64,000 bases of DNA, from positions 2,756,462 through 2,820,461 of the forward strand of contig NW_002060943.1 of the NCBI RefSeq assembly GCF_000150275.1, given 5' to 3'. Made by a program: the position numbers and the translations under genes. This DNA is from Trichoplax adhaerens. Taxonomy: Eukaryota; Animalia; Placozoa. Under the pieces are notes generated by a model. It saw only the letters and a program-made list of their open reading frames with translations. It was not told the DNA's origin and searched no databases. Shown piece after piece: positions 11,834 to 25,195 of this stretch; position 1 is the first letter of the stretch, and each line of letters opens with the position of its first letter.

Positions 11834-14767
11834 TTAATGGCTGCCAACGTTTCCTTTCCAGTTAATTAATAGCTGCTGACAGTTTTGCGATACCTGAAAA
11901 ATCGAAACGTAAATATTTAAAAGAATTCTAATTGCATTATGAATACATGCTGTGGCTTTCATTTAATTCTAATCGAGTCTTACCTTATCTATCGTAGGGC
12001 GATCTTGGGCAGTTTCAGAAAGACAATTAGCAGCTAAACCTAGCAGTGCTTTCCTTGGACGATCAGTCTTGAACATAGTTAATTTTTTGTTCCATTTTAT
12101 ATTTTCATCCTTAAGGTATTTCCAGTTCTTGTAAGAGGTATTTAATAAATATTCTTTCTGTCGAAAAAAATAGATATGTAAATAAAAATGAGTTAAGTAA
12201 AATCAACGCTGCAGCATCGAAAAGAATTTGCTTATTCTTATAAAACTATGCGCATTAAGAGAGCTAACCAACAGAGATGGCTTCCTATCTCTTGCATAAA
12301 TCGGCTTTCCAGAAACTATAACTAAACAAATCTAATCGAAATATCAAACAAAATAGAACATGTATTAAGTCTTATCATATGTAACTCAAATCAAGTTATA
12401 ACTTTCTTGATTTTACTTACTGCTCCAAAACTGAATATATCGTTAGAGAAAGCAATTCTTCCAGCTAGAGCTTCTTCGCAACAATAACCAATCTTATCAA
12501 TCTGGGTAGATAAAGCCAGTTTCACTTGCGTGTCATTGCCATTATTGATACATCCGTCGCTTAACTTTGCTATTCCTTTACTTCTGTCTATCAAAACATT
12601 TGTGCTGATAGATAAAAATGCAACTTTAATCGTAGCTACGGCATACATGATTATTTACAAAAGTATATAAATTAATGTAGATATTGAAAACAAGCTTTGC
12701 CCTAAGGTATCACTAATTTACGATATCTGCTTTACATAAGTGCGTATATTTCAATCATTGCAAGCTTAATGCTCAATTTTACCATTTTAGATCATTGTGA
12801 ACTAATTGACAATTGTGCAAATAGCGTAGTCCTTCCGCAATATCGCACATTATGGACAATCGCCCTTCACAGTGAGGTAATTCCTTCTTCTAAAATAAAT
12901 TATTATCACTTTTAGTAGCATTAATCATAAAGATTTGTTCTAACAGGAGAACTAGTTTCAGTCTACTAAAGTCGCGCAAAACTACTACCTTTACTAGCTG
13001 CTGAAGGGATAAAGGCAAAAATTCCTGAAGGAAGCCTTCAAGATCTTGATAGTAAGCAAAGACTTTTCGCACGTTTTTGTGCTTTAATCTACAGTATCAG
13101 AATTGGATTAAGGATATTATTAATAGGTGAATGCTTCGGCAAATTTAATAGATATCGAATAAGGTAAGGTAAAAAGAACTTAAAATTGTGATAAGGACAA
13201 GCACAATTTCAAGGCATACACAGTAACACTCTTCCATAAAGTCTCTGTGCATGATTTCTCTAGCTTACCGTACTAAGTCGTTGGCTATTTTTGTGTCGTT
13301 AGCAATATACTTATGGACAGCCTAACGAGAGATTAAAAGAAGAGGTCAAACAAACTATACAGTATTAAAAAGTTGACGTGGAAATACCATAATTTAATAT
13401 GAAAACTTGAATTATAATATAAAATATATTCTATTTGACATTGCAGTTTTAACTATGCTAAACTGAAAATATTTCAATTTAGATATATGCCAAGTAGCAA
13501 GGCTAAATAATAATTATATATATAATTAATAAACAGGAAGATAATTAAGGATTACATCCCATTCTGCTATTCTAATTAGTGGTATTGATTACTTAAAGTA
13601 AAATAATTAATAACTGAAATCCAAATAAAATCTTAGTCTGCAAAGCTTGGAATTTGAAGCTTACTAAGCTTTAAATCGAGAAAATTAAAACGTATTGTTT
13701 AATATACCGTAGTTGTGCTAGAGCTATAAACTATTCAGTCTGCTGCTTGAATTTACGGCTTAAAATTCATTACTATGTTGAAAGTAATTAAGTTACTAGT
13801 CTATAAATTTGATTAGATATAGAAGTTCATGCCATTTCTGTAGTAGAAAAGTATGATAAAATGTTTTATCTAGAAATTTGTGATTACTTCGTAATCCAAT
13901 GATGGTCAACGAGTCAGATTTACGAAATTTTGCAACTATTTTGATATCTAGCTAGATTAATCTTACTAATAACCATGATGCTTGTAAAGGATTAAACGGG
14001 ATAACATTCAATTGCTTTTGCAAGTAATAAATTAGACACAGCATTAATTCATTTCGATTCGGCTTTGGTAAAGGAAATTATTTGCCTTTTTCCAAAAAAT
14101 CCTATACCTCATTTTTCCAGGCCTTAAAAGTATAAATCTTTCCAGCAAATACAAATCGGTAAGTAACACTTGATGGACCTGGCCAACCTTGTCGTTTTGC
14201 GACATAATCTCTAATCGTCTTTATTAATAGCAGTAGTCATTGAATAGATATACGCATATATACATAAATTGGCCTTACAGTGACAAATTTCTAGTGAATA
14301 TATAGATTGGAAATTATTTTCATGCGATAATCGAAACTTACGGCATCTGGTACAGGGCCCAACCCATTGCCAATACAAGATTTTACAAACTTTTTCGAAG
14401 TAGCTAGATCGTCACTAACGTCGCGATGTTTAGGAATTCTACGAAAGGAGCGGAATAAATTCCAAGGCTATAGGTTGTAAGAAGAAAAAATCCACAATTA
14501 AAAAAAGAGCAAATTGATATCGTACGTCTAGACCATTATCAAATCTATACTATACGAAAGAAATTACAGAATGACTGATTTAGGTTATTAATCTAAATTG
14601 CCGATGAATTGGTTGACATTTAGTAGAGCCAAATCAGTATAGTTTAATGTAGTACAAGTATAGCTCCTCATCCCAGTTTTAAAATAAAGTTATCATACTT
14701 TGCTGCGAAAGTTTCTAATTCCATCGTCTTTAGTCTGTGGATTATCATTTAAATACCATTTCTCCAT
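11834..14767 (-). CDS. P2: Pelle/IRAK-related pseudokinase-type paralogue, about 348 aa (retains the catalytic-loop Asp as HND)
   Basis: Exons 14767-14699, 14467-14342, 14218-14108, 13321-13269, 13088-12989, 12889-12783, 12604-12421, 12331-12269, 12157-11984, 11893-11834 have the same phases as P1. Motifs: GWPGPSSVTY, YTFKAW, VHNDLKCTNVL, KLSDGC, GYCCEE, NDIFSFG. Exon 1 (MEKWYLND...) is less certain. Confidence 0.85.
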
Positions 14768-17387
14768 AGCTGTGATTAACCTTTAGTTAAAGTTAACATT
14801 CAATTTAAACTGTACAAGATTTTCCGTAGAATACGATTTATACGTAATATTAAATTGACCTAGCCAATCTCGACTTTCTTTCGTATGCCTTTGAATGGCT
14901 TTGACTAATAAGATGATAACTTGAATAGATGAGAATTGAACTTATTGTGGAAGATTTCAATCTAATCAATTGCTCGCGTCTGATCTTAGCGTTAATACGC
15001 CTATGAAAACTTACAAAATTTAAGCTATAGTCACTGTCGTCGAAATTAGAGTCAACAAAGCTAACAGAAGTAACCTGATCATTACAGGCTATACTAAATC
15101 GTTAGCAACCAATGAAACGGGATAAGTACCAGTAAAACTAAAAGATTGCAAAAAGCAATAAATGGAAACCGTAAACTAGTGTAGTAAAGACCATCATAAT
15201 TATTCTATAAAGAGATAGATAGTTTTATCGAGCTAATTCAAGTCATTCTTTAAATTTTAGTCAATTAATTTATCATAATAATAACTAGCATTGATCTATT
15301 TTCGATTGCCCTACTCATACAATAACAATGGGTGGTCACCGAATGTTAACTACTCTCCAATTGCATATCCTTCATGATTCTAACCAACTTGTTGCTAGCA
15401 AAATTATATGTTGGGCATTATCTTTGCAAAACTGATATAATCTACAGTATACTGAGGTTAATAATTAGAATTTATGGAACAAACATCAATCAGTCTCTCT
15501 CATCAACCCCAAGCAAGTTGTTTACTTCACGATCGTCATAGTATTCAATAATTAAATAATATACGTGTACAGTGGTGGAAGAAAAATAGCTTCTTCTAGA
15601 TCACTCTGTATGGGAGCCCTGTTTAATTTAAGTGAAAGTCTTTATCTATTTAGTACAATGGAATAGTTGGATAGCATAAGTGAATTCAATTATTGCATAA
15701 AAGCCTTCGTCCATTTCGTACAATAAATCAGTTGGATCATGCAAATAAAATAAGCGAAGAATCCCAGCACAAAACAATGGAGATAGCGTGCATTGATACA
15801 CTTTTACAATAGAGAAGCTCTGAAGATCGCTAATTCTCTGCATGGCCGCCAAAATGCCGGCGGGTATATATAGCGGTATTGTAATTTTTTCCATTTGAAG
15901 GAGTGTTGTGTACCGCTGTGATAAGACTGGCGGATAGAGTTAATCGGATTAGTTTATTAGCGTTGTTGTGTTCCTTAAATTTAAGCTTGCTTTACAAGAG
16001 CAGTTTGTGTTTTATGTAAAGCAAGTTTTAAGCTTGCTTTACAGCTTGATTGACAATAACAGCAAGTGTTATAACAGTAAGCGGTAATTTGCCGTTCGTA
16101 TCTCAATTAATTAATCAAGTTATTAAGTTTTTTAAATTGTTTTATTACAAAATATGTTAACCACAAATTTCTCACTATACTGCAATAGAAGTTACTGTAA
16201 TGCTTTCAGGCGTTAAAGTTTAAGCTATTTATCACTCAACGATCAAGCGATCAACGGCCAAAATTATGAAAATTGTATATTTTCAGCCGCACGGCCAACA
16301 TCTAAATAACGATCAGATGATGTCGCTGGTTATTCAGTTACAGGCTTTATACAGAAAATGCTTCACTAGCAGCAGTGACTTGCCAACCATCTATAAAAAA
16401 AACTAGCTGAAATGCAATCTATAATAACCCAAAAAGCATTACTGGTTCCGACCCTTACATGCATAGCTATGGTAAACAGATACTAGATAGACCAAATTAA
16501 GATCTAGAACATCACTTAATATAAACGTACATTCCATATACGGTACATATAGATATACAGACAGACTAAAATTTGATGGGGAGGTTAATCAATGGGTGGC
16601 CCAGATTTCGCCTAGTACAGTACTGTCAGCAATCGCGATCCAAGCTAAACTTGAGCCGAGCAGTTGCTTCGTATCCTAAAATCTCTGCGAACTAACAACG
16701 ATCCTTAAGCAGGTTTATTAACAGTCTAATCTTACTAATCTGCTGATTTCTACATTTCCACGCATTAGTATTCTACTTATTTATCGGTGCAGAATGAAAA
16801 TTCATAATATACACGTAGATTTGTATAGTCTCTTCTTTTCCTCACTTTATTTCCTCAGTGAATCTGAAGATACTTATTTACAGCATACATTCAATCCAGA
16901 CAAGGTAAACTCTGCCTGATTGAACTTAATTTTGTTTCTATATTTATTCTCAGTTTTCTAGTAAGTTAAATGAAAATATTGGTTTTCAAGTTGTATTTTA
17001 CGACGAAAGCATCTTCCATTCGGTCAATTTCTACTATTGGCCTCGCTAGCCCTGTAATCTCTCGTTTCATGAGAAAGTCTTCTTGTATATCTACTTTATT
17101 TACGATTTAATTCAGATATAGATTAACCTTACGCTAATTTATTAGTAATGAAAGGCTTGCTTAAAAGACTTAAAATTAAAATAAGCTTTAAAGGAAAAAT
17201 ATTGTAGTTGCTAGCATTAGTTAGAATGCCCAACAACACTATTACAAAAAATAGGCTCATTTTTGATTCCATTGCTTCTCTACTGAGAAGAATTTCAATG
17301 CATAAATAGAGGATAAGGGTTGACTATTTCTTATTTAATCTCTGATATAGGCAATATTCAAGTACCAGACCGAACTGAAAATAAGAT

Positions 17388-20300
17388 ATGGGGATAATTT
17401 GTGCATGCTGTAAGAGACAGGTAAATAATCGAATATTCCTGGCTGTTGCGTTGATAACTACAGCACTTGCAAAATTACTATCGCCGTGTCAAATAGTATG
17501 CCATGAGTCTATTATATCAACATTTTAACAAGACTACAACTGCGGTTATATGTATGAATTACACGATTAGCCACGACTATTGCTGATAGACCCCAGTGAA
17601 GATTTAGATTTTGATATACAAGCTGAGGTATATTATATTTCCATCGCTTATAGCATAGTACCAAATAAATGCAACAATTCATGATAAACAATTATTTAAG
17701 TTCTTCCGTTCAGATATTGATACATGTAAATTGAATACGTAAACGGTTATAGGATATAAAGAGGGGCACAAACTATTTTTCCTATAAAAACAGGATTGGT
17801 GCAGGTGGCTTTGGAGAAGTCTATCGAACTGAAACATTATCTTATGGCATTCTTGCCGTCAAAAGAATGAAAGAGCAATTAGTAAGCAATTTCTGCAAGT
17901 GGTATTGAAATAACTTACCTAGAAATTTTAATGTCTAATAATTTTAATTTATTTATGAAACGAATCAATTCTATTAATTAATATATTTTTAATGACTTTT
18001 TGACATCTTATTCTGCTATCTATTGGCGAATATGGTAAAGCTTACAGTAAATGATCTACTAGAATGTCAAAATATAATCCAGTAAGTCTCGACTACTCGT
18101 TTATTTGATTTTGTACAGTACCATTAGTTAATGTACTGTATATCTTAGTTCTAGTTTATAAAATAAAGACCACGATTACGTATTTAGACTAATTTATGAT
18201 AGGAGTTTCCTTTAGAACTACATTTACAGTACACCTTATCATTTCATTAGGCACCTGTAAAAAAGAGTATGATTGTTTATGTAGGCTGAGTTGAGATAGC
18301 ATTTTCTTTTAGAACTATACTTGCTGTATACTGTATACTTTAAATTGAATACATGGTTAAACGCTTGTATGATAATGCTTCTATATTTATTAAGATTCTA
18401 CAGCACTAAGACATTTACTACTGGCTTCTAGATATAGACATACTAATCTCGTCTGCTTGTTTTCCGCCTTGATGGTTGACAACCACTTTTGCATGGTGAT
18501 GGAATACGTAGCAAATGGCAGTTTAAGATCAAAATTGAAGGCAAAGGTAAATTGACGCTTTAATAGTAATTTAGAGGAATATTTCCAAATTACTCTAACC
18601 CTATTAATGGGAATATTACGATTGTTACTCAAAATCATGACCTTTTAATAAGATTGATGATGACACATAAATTATTTTATGTTAACCGTAACATAGTAAT
18701 TACTTCTTCGATACTATAGTAGTAATTGTTCATAGCTTGAGTAGAATCAATTATAATTACTGCAATTTTACTGATTCCAGGATGAAAATTTAGACTATTC
18801 GGTTAGGCTACAAATTTGCAGAGGCATAGCAGAGGGAATCAATTATCTACATACAGCGTTCATGACATATCTTGTACACAGAGATATTAAATCTGATAAT
18901 ATATTGCTTACGGAAGACTATACTCCCAAAATATGCGATTTCGGCCTGGCAAAAATATTATCTGCAAGAATAGATCATGGAAATAGTGCTATATTTACTG
19001 AAACTATATGTGGGACTGAACCTTACTTACCTCCAGAATCATTTCAAGGAATAGTCTCACGGCGTTTTGATGTCTATAGCTATGGAGTTGTACGTATATT
19101 GACCTAATAGTCAACAATCTAATCTATAGAAGCTCGTAACTATCAGTTATTCTGTATCAAATATCTGGCAGGTGTTACTAGAAATTATATCAGGAAAACC
19201 AGCAACCTTTAGTGATCTGGAAGGGTGTCGCTTCTTGGTATGTCTGTATTCATGTACTGTACTAAAACTATAACATTGAATAATGTCTATGCAACGCGAA
19301 TATGATACAACTAATGTTTTATACATTTAACTACAAATAATATGACACCCTTAAAGTAGAATCATTGATACAATCGGTGTTAGTTAGATTTCTACCATAA
19401 AATATAGTACTATTAACTAACTGCAGTGTAAAATCATTTTAATTATTGTTAGTAGCTACTTTATAGGAAGTAGTTTGATATTTTTAGCCTTATATAAGCC
19501 AAAATTGACTTAAGTAGAGATGCTCGAGTCTGGTATAAATTTTTATGAACATTGCACTTTATTCTAAAATGGCCTGTCCTCTATTATAAATAAATCTCAG
19601 AGCTTGAACATACTTTATTCAAAAAATATTGTTGCCTGAATTTAGCAAACAAATATTTCAATAATCTCTACGCAGGCTTAGCTAAAATAATAATTTGATC
19701 GAAGGGCTTAGGTATACATGATTCAGAAAATATTTTAGCTTAGATTTGACCAGTAACTGTTCTAATAATCCCTGTGTGGGCCCAGCTAATCTAGTTTTTA
19801 TTCAAGGTTGCTGCCGTTCACGATTTGAAAATAACTATCAAATGAAGTTGTAAAACACTTATTGATCCTCTAATTTTTGCTTTTGATGAGTATTTTTGTT
19901 AATTTGTATAAATACGAAATTAAGGCAATAATTCCTACAGTACGATGGTATATAAAACTATAGTTGGTGTGCTTTCTTATCTATCAATTATACTGTTAGT
20001 CAAACTTTTCATAACTTGATAGACAATATAGAATAGTGCTAGAGCAATTCGCTGTAAGTATTGGTGAGTGATGAGCGCATTGTTTAGTAATATGAACTAA
20101 GACAAAATATTATTCGAAAGGGATTTCTTTAAACATTTTACAGCATGCTTTAGTCTTTACCGATGCCTTTTCATGGTCTACCTCCAAATTTTATCATATA
20201 TTTGCTTCATCTTTGATAATATAATTAATTAGTTGTAAAATCTTTTTCATTGATTAAAATGATAGAAAAATCTGATCTATAAACTTTAGTTTTATAACAA

Positions 20301-20674
20301 TAGTGAAAAATTCACTATTCTAATCCGCTTGTAATGCTGTCATTATTCAATGACCACTAGGCCAATTACTTTCTTCATTGTTACAATCATGATAAATCAA
20401 CGTTTCCAATCGCTGAAACGGCTTCTTGGCCTAATAATATTAAAAAAAAACTAATGAAACTTGCAAAGAACTGTCTAAAGCGCAATTACAGAGACAGACC
20501 TCAAATGGATAAGGTCAGAAGCTATAGTAATCTTACGCTCGATTTTATCGTAAAGAATACTTTTATTATCTAATTTATTTTTATTTTAAGGTGACTACTA
20601 AACTTGCAAAGATCAATTTAATGCAAGATAATTCTCCTGACAGTAAACTGACAAGGTTCTTCTCGCGCATTTAA
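17388..20674 (+). CDS. K2: catalytically intact Pelle/IRAK-family kinase, about 328 aa, no death domain, predicted lipid-anchored
   Basis: Exons 17388-17420, 17571-17627, 17753-17881, 18041-18081, 18432-18546, 18781-19089, 19172-19237, 20361-20513, 20591-20674. Starts MGIICACCKR. Motifs: IGAGGFGEVY, LAVK, HTNLV, HRDIKSDNILL, KICDFG, GTEPYLPPE, DVYSYG. Confidence 0.92.
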
Positions 20675-22553
20675 ATTAGTAGTAGACTATAATATGAGCT
20701 GTCTCATAAATATATGTGGTATTTGCAATCTTTCGTACTGAATCATATATTTGAATACAGATTTTTGCGTTTAGCCCTACTATAGCGCATTCCTTACTGT
20801 TTCTTTTCACTGACTACAATTATTTGCTATTATCTAGATTATTCTGATATTCGTGCATTATAATTTAGAATTCTACTGTCTTAATCTCTTCACGTGTTCT
20901 TTTCCAATAGTATAATATCATAACGCTAACTTTTACTTCATGTCTTACTTATTATTGCGGTTATTGTAGTTACTAGCGCTACGTACGCGTAGTTATTACT
21001 ATCTTTACTTATGACAGCTTACATGTCGAACTAAAAAACAATCTTCATTTTTAGATGATTTACAGTATGAATAAAAACCTCTTTCTTAAATAAAATGTCT
21101 TGTGTTGATCTCTTATGGCTATAAAATCCACTTCTACTAATTTTTTGGAGCTCTTATTACCTTTGCATACAAGGTCTCATTAATAAACTAATGCAAGACC
21201 TAAGCGTCGGCTAAAATATATTTAATGACATGACATGAAGTATTATCTGATTAATACATTGTATCCAAATTATTTTAAAAATCACAGCTGTTCGATTACA
21301 GTAATAAGATTAATATAACATGAAATTGTTTAGCTGAAGTTTGATGCTAGTAGAAATCTTTAATTATTGAAATAAAGCACCTTAATATTGGACCCGATAG
21401 ATAGCCTAAGTCGGATGACCTAATAAAAATTGTACCCATAATGAATCGAGACAAGTCTTAATATAGTAAAAATGTCATTAAACTATCCTAATATGTTAAA
21501 TATGGATAAGACTGATGATACATTATATACTGGTACCGCAGCTTACTAGTATTTATATAATGGATATAATTAAATGTTGGCATGTTAAATTAATACTAAT
21601 CAATTATACCATGATTCAATTCCTAAATATAATATAATTTTGTATTTAATATATATCGGAATTGTGGAGGATGCAACCATAAAAGTCGTAACATCTAAAT
21701 TAATGTATATAATCAGCTTTTACATATATACTAGCGGCATTCAATAAAGGTATCATTAGTAGCGTAAGAAGTATTACCCAAAAGTAGATATACCATTGAA
21801 AGAATTCTGTATTTTACTAAAATTTAACCTATTTTTTCAAGTCAGTATCAGATATTATAGCCTCAACTATTGAAATTGAATAGGTGTGATTATGGATACA
21901 CTCCTAGAACGTTCATTTTCTCAGCAAAATGCCAATAACTACATGAAAGTATCTAATTTAAAAAAGTGGGAAATACTAACTGATACTGTATATCCATTAA
22001 GCGTGTTCTTGGCAAACCTACATCATGTATATGTTAGTTTATATAATTTAAATAGACTAAAGAGATTAAATTTTATTCAATACAAAATCTTAACACCGCC
22101 AAAACTTTAATATTGTGGGAGAGAAATACAGACTCAGAGCAATAGTATTCCAAATGTTTTAATATAGTTCAATGAATCCATATAACCTAATCTTACTTTT
22201 AGCCAATTACATAGTTTAGGCAATTTATCAGTATTCGTATAGCAAAAATCCAATTTTACAAGCTTGATTATTTAATAATCACTTTATTTTGTACTGTAAT
22301 TACTGCATTTGAAATCGCTTTTTTAATAACTAAAATCGTTCATTAGGAAAAAATCATTAGTGCATAGGATAAAAACAAACGATTTCGAATATTGGGACTA
22401 CTTCATTTATTTATAACTTCGAATTTACTAGATATTAAATTTTGTAACTACTTTTACAGCAAATCTATGGATCTAGCTTACTATCTACGCATAATCTTTA
22501 CTTATCGCCACTTTTTATTATTGCATATTGAAATGAGATATAACAATTCAGTA

Positions 22554-25195
22554 CTACTTATCCATCTTATTCAATAACTGCTGACAACATTCATATACCT
22601 AAAATCCAAATGTAAATATTCACTTTAAAATCAAATGTAATAACTTCATCTAGTTCTAATTTGGTCTTACTTTTTGGATACTAGGTCGATCTTGAGCAGT
22701 TTCATTAAGACAATCGGAAGCTAAATTTAAGAGTTTTTTCCTTGGACGATAAGTATATAATACACTAATTTGTTTCTTCCATGATATTCTTTTATCTTTA
22801 AGGTATTTCCAGTTCTTATAAGGAGTATTTAACAAGTACTCTTTCTGTTAATGAAAATAGATAACTCACTAAAATGATTTAAACTAGCCATATGTACAAC
22901 ATCTAAAAACATTTTCAATTTTTGCAAGACTATAGATATTAGCACAGCTAACCAGCATAGATGGTCTCCTGTCTCTTGTATAAATCGATTTTCCGGAAAC
23001 TACAACTAGGCAAATCTAACTCCAATAGCAAGCGAAAAATATCATTAAATCTTTATGTGTAGTTCAATCCAGCTTTAAGTATGGCTTAATTATTTTTGCT
23101 TACCGCCCCAAAGCTAAATATATCATTAGAGAAAGTAACTGTTCCAGCTAGAGCTTCTTCGCAACAGTAGCCCATCTTATCAATTTGGCAAGGTAAAGTT
23201 AACTGCGACTGCCTGATAATATTGCGATATATGCATCCGTCCGATAACTTTGCCACTCCTCTTTCATCTATCAAAACATTTGCACTGATAAAAATGAACA
23301 TTTTTAATTCTTACATTGGTAAATACAAACATTCATGCATAGCAATTGCCAGTAAATTATTTGAATTACCACTTTAAATTATTGTGAACTAATTTACATT
23401 CGTGTAAATGGTGTAAGCCTTTTGCTATATCACGTAATATGGACAATCGCTCCTTACACTTTGGTAAATAAGTACTCTAAGATAATTTAAAATTTCTTTA
23501 GCAGCTTTGAAAACGTCGATAGATAGGAGAAATTAGCTATTTAGTAAGAATTATACGAAACTGTTGCTGCTAATTTCGTCTCTAGCGAATGAGGCAAAAA
23601 TTCCTGTAGTAAGCCTCCAAGCAGTGGATAGTAAGCATAGACATTTCTGATATTTCCATGCTTTAGTCTATTAGTACAAATAAAGCTTCAATGATCATGC
23701 TAATAAAATTACCTATGGAATCCTTATTAAGCATTAAAATACCAGTAGAATTATAATAAACCTACAGCGGTAATAAGATCAGTTTTTGCAGTACTCTTTT
23801 ATAAAGTCTATACGTATAACTAGAGCTTACCGTAGTAAATCATTGATTATATTTATGTTTTCATCAAGATAATTTCGCACGACCTAAGAAAAATTCAAAG
23901 AGGTATCACATAACTATACAAATTAAAAGCTGGCTTCCAAGTGCTATAATTCACTACCACTATGAAATTTGGAGCCATATCCTGAATCAGATGCTATTAA
24001 AAGTTTTGTGTTAGATTTCAAGCTTACTATAAGAAATATTCACAGCTTTAAAAGTATGTCACGTAGCATGACCAATAATTATAATAGATAGTAAGGAAAT
24101 TAAAGATCATATCCTATTCGAATATGGCTTAGCTAGCTACTGACTGCAATACTGGAGAGATTAAAAAAATGCTACTACAGTATACCGCATTCAACATAGC
24201 TACGATAGGCAATAAACTGTCCATTTAGGTATAAAATCTGTGTTACGTGAGAGCAAATGAAATCTAAGATTACAAATATGATTCGATTCTCGGCGTAATT
24301 CGATTACTATTGAGCAAAAGCAAAACAGGCTATCTAAGAATTTGTCATTAATTAGCAAATTCCTGAAATTTGGTTATAAATGTGTTTATATTTAATTCAT
24401 GATGAAAAACTGTGTTGATATTTAGCAGAATTAATCCCTGTAATAATCGTGATACTAATCGGGAAAAAGAACGATGTTAAATTATAACTTCTCCTGATGA
24501 ATTAGATGCTATTGAACAAGAATTGGATTTCTTGTAATCGAAAGTAAAGATTTATCTTGTTTCAAGAAATTATGCACCTCACTATTCCATTTCTTAAAAG
24601 CATATAACTTTCTATCCGAAACGATTTCATAAGTAGTACTAAATGGGCCTGACCAACCTTGATTTTCTCTCATAAATTGTCGAATAACCTTAATTGATAT
24701 GCATAATTGAATAGTTAAAAGTTGATCATATTATAGTAGATCTAAAATTTATGAAATTATTCACGCGTAGGCTAACTTAATTTTGAATACGGAAGTAAAA
24801 ACTTACAGAAATTGGTACGGGATTCATGATGTTGCCACTATCGTCGTCGATATATGAGTTAACAGAGAAATTTGAAGTAGCTGGATCAATATAGACTACA
24901 CTAGGTTTAAAGTTCGAGCAGAGCAATCGCCAACAGGACTACAAGATTGCAAAATATTATCAATGAAATCGAAATAGGGAATTATTACAGTTAAAAATGT
25001 CGTCATAAGCATATACAGACATAATTTGAAAGTACAGACCTAAAGTATTTTTTCTAATTTTCAATAGTATTTGTTGACTAGGAATCTATTTTAAAATCAA
25101 TACTAACTTAACTAATTCGTTCACTTTGTCAATTTACTTACACAACAGCAAGTATTATCTTCATCTTGATTACTAATAAAGTAATTCTCTTCCAT
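22554..25195 (-). CDS. P3: Pelle/IRAK-related pseudokinase, about 341 aa, Cys-rich N-terminus
   Basis: Exons 25195-25142, 24938-24807, 24688-24578, 23883-23831, 23667-23562, 23476-23370, 23284-23104, 23015-22953, 22844-22671, 22598-22554. Starts MEENYFISNQDEDNTCCC|SCWRLLC. Motifs: GWSGPFSTTY, YAFKKW, VHNNLKCANVL, KLSDGC, GYCCEE, NDIFSFG. Confidence 0.87.

Noticed and set aside
15646-15894. 82-aa minus-strand ORF and a GC-rich, YY1-like word (ggccgccaaaatgccggcgg) in the P2/K2 spacer
   Set aside because: No recognisable domain, and the motif match is imperfect and single.
23562-23568. Possible GC-AG intron after P3 exon 5
   Set aside because: A GT donor 6 nt further on keeps the phase and gives the same 106-nt exon as in P4.
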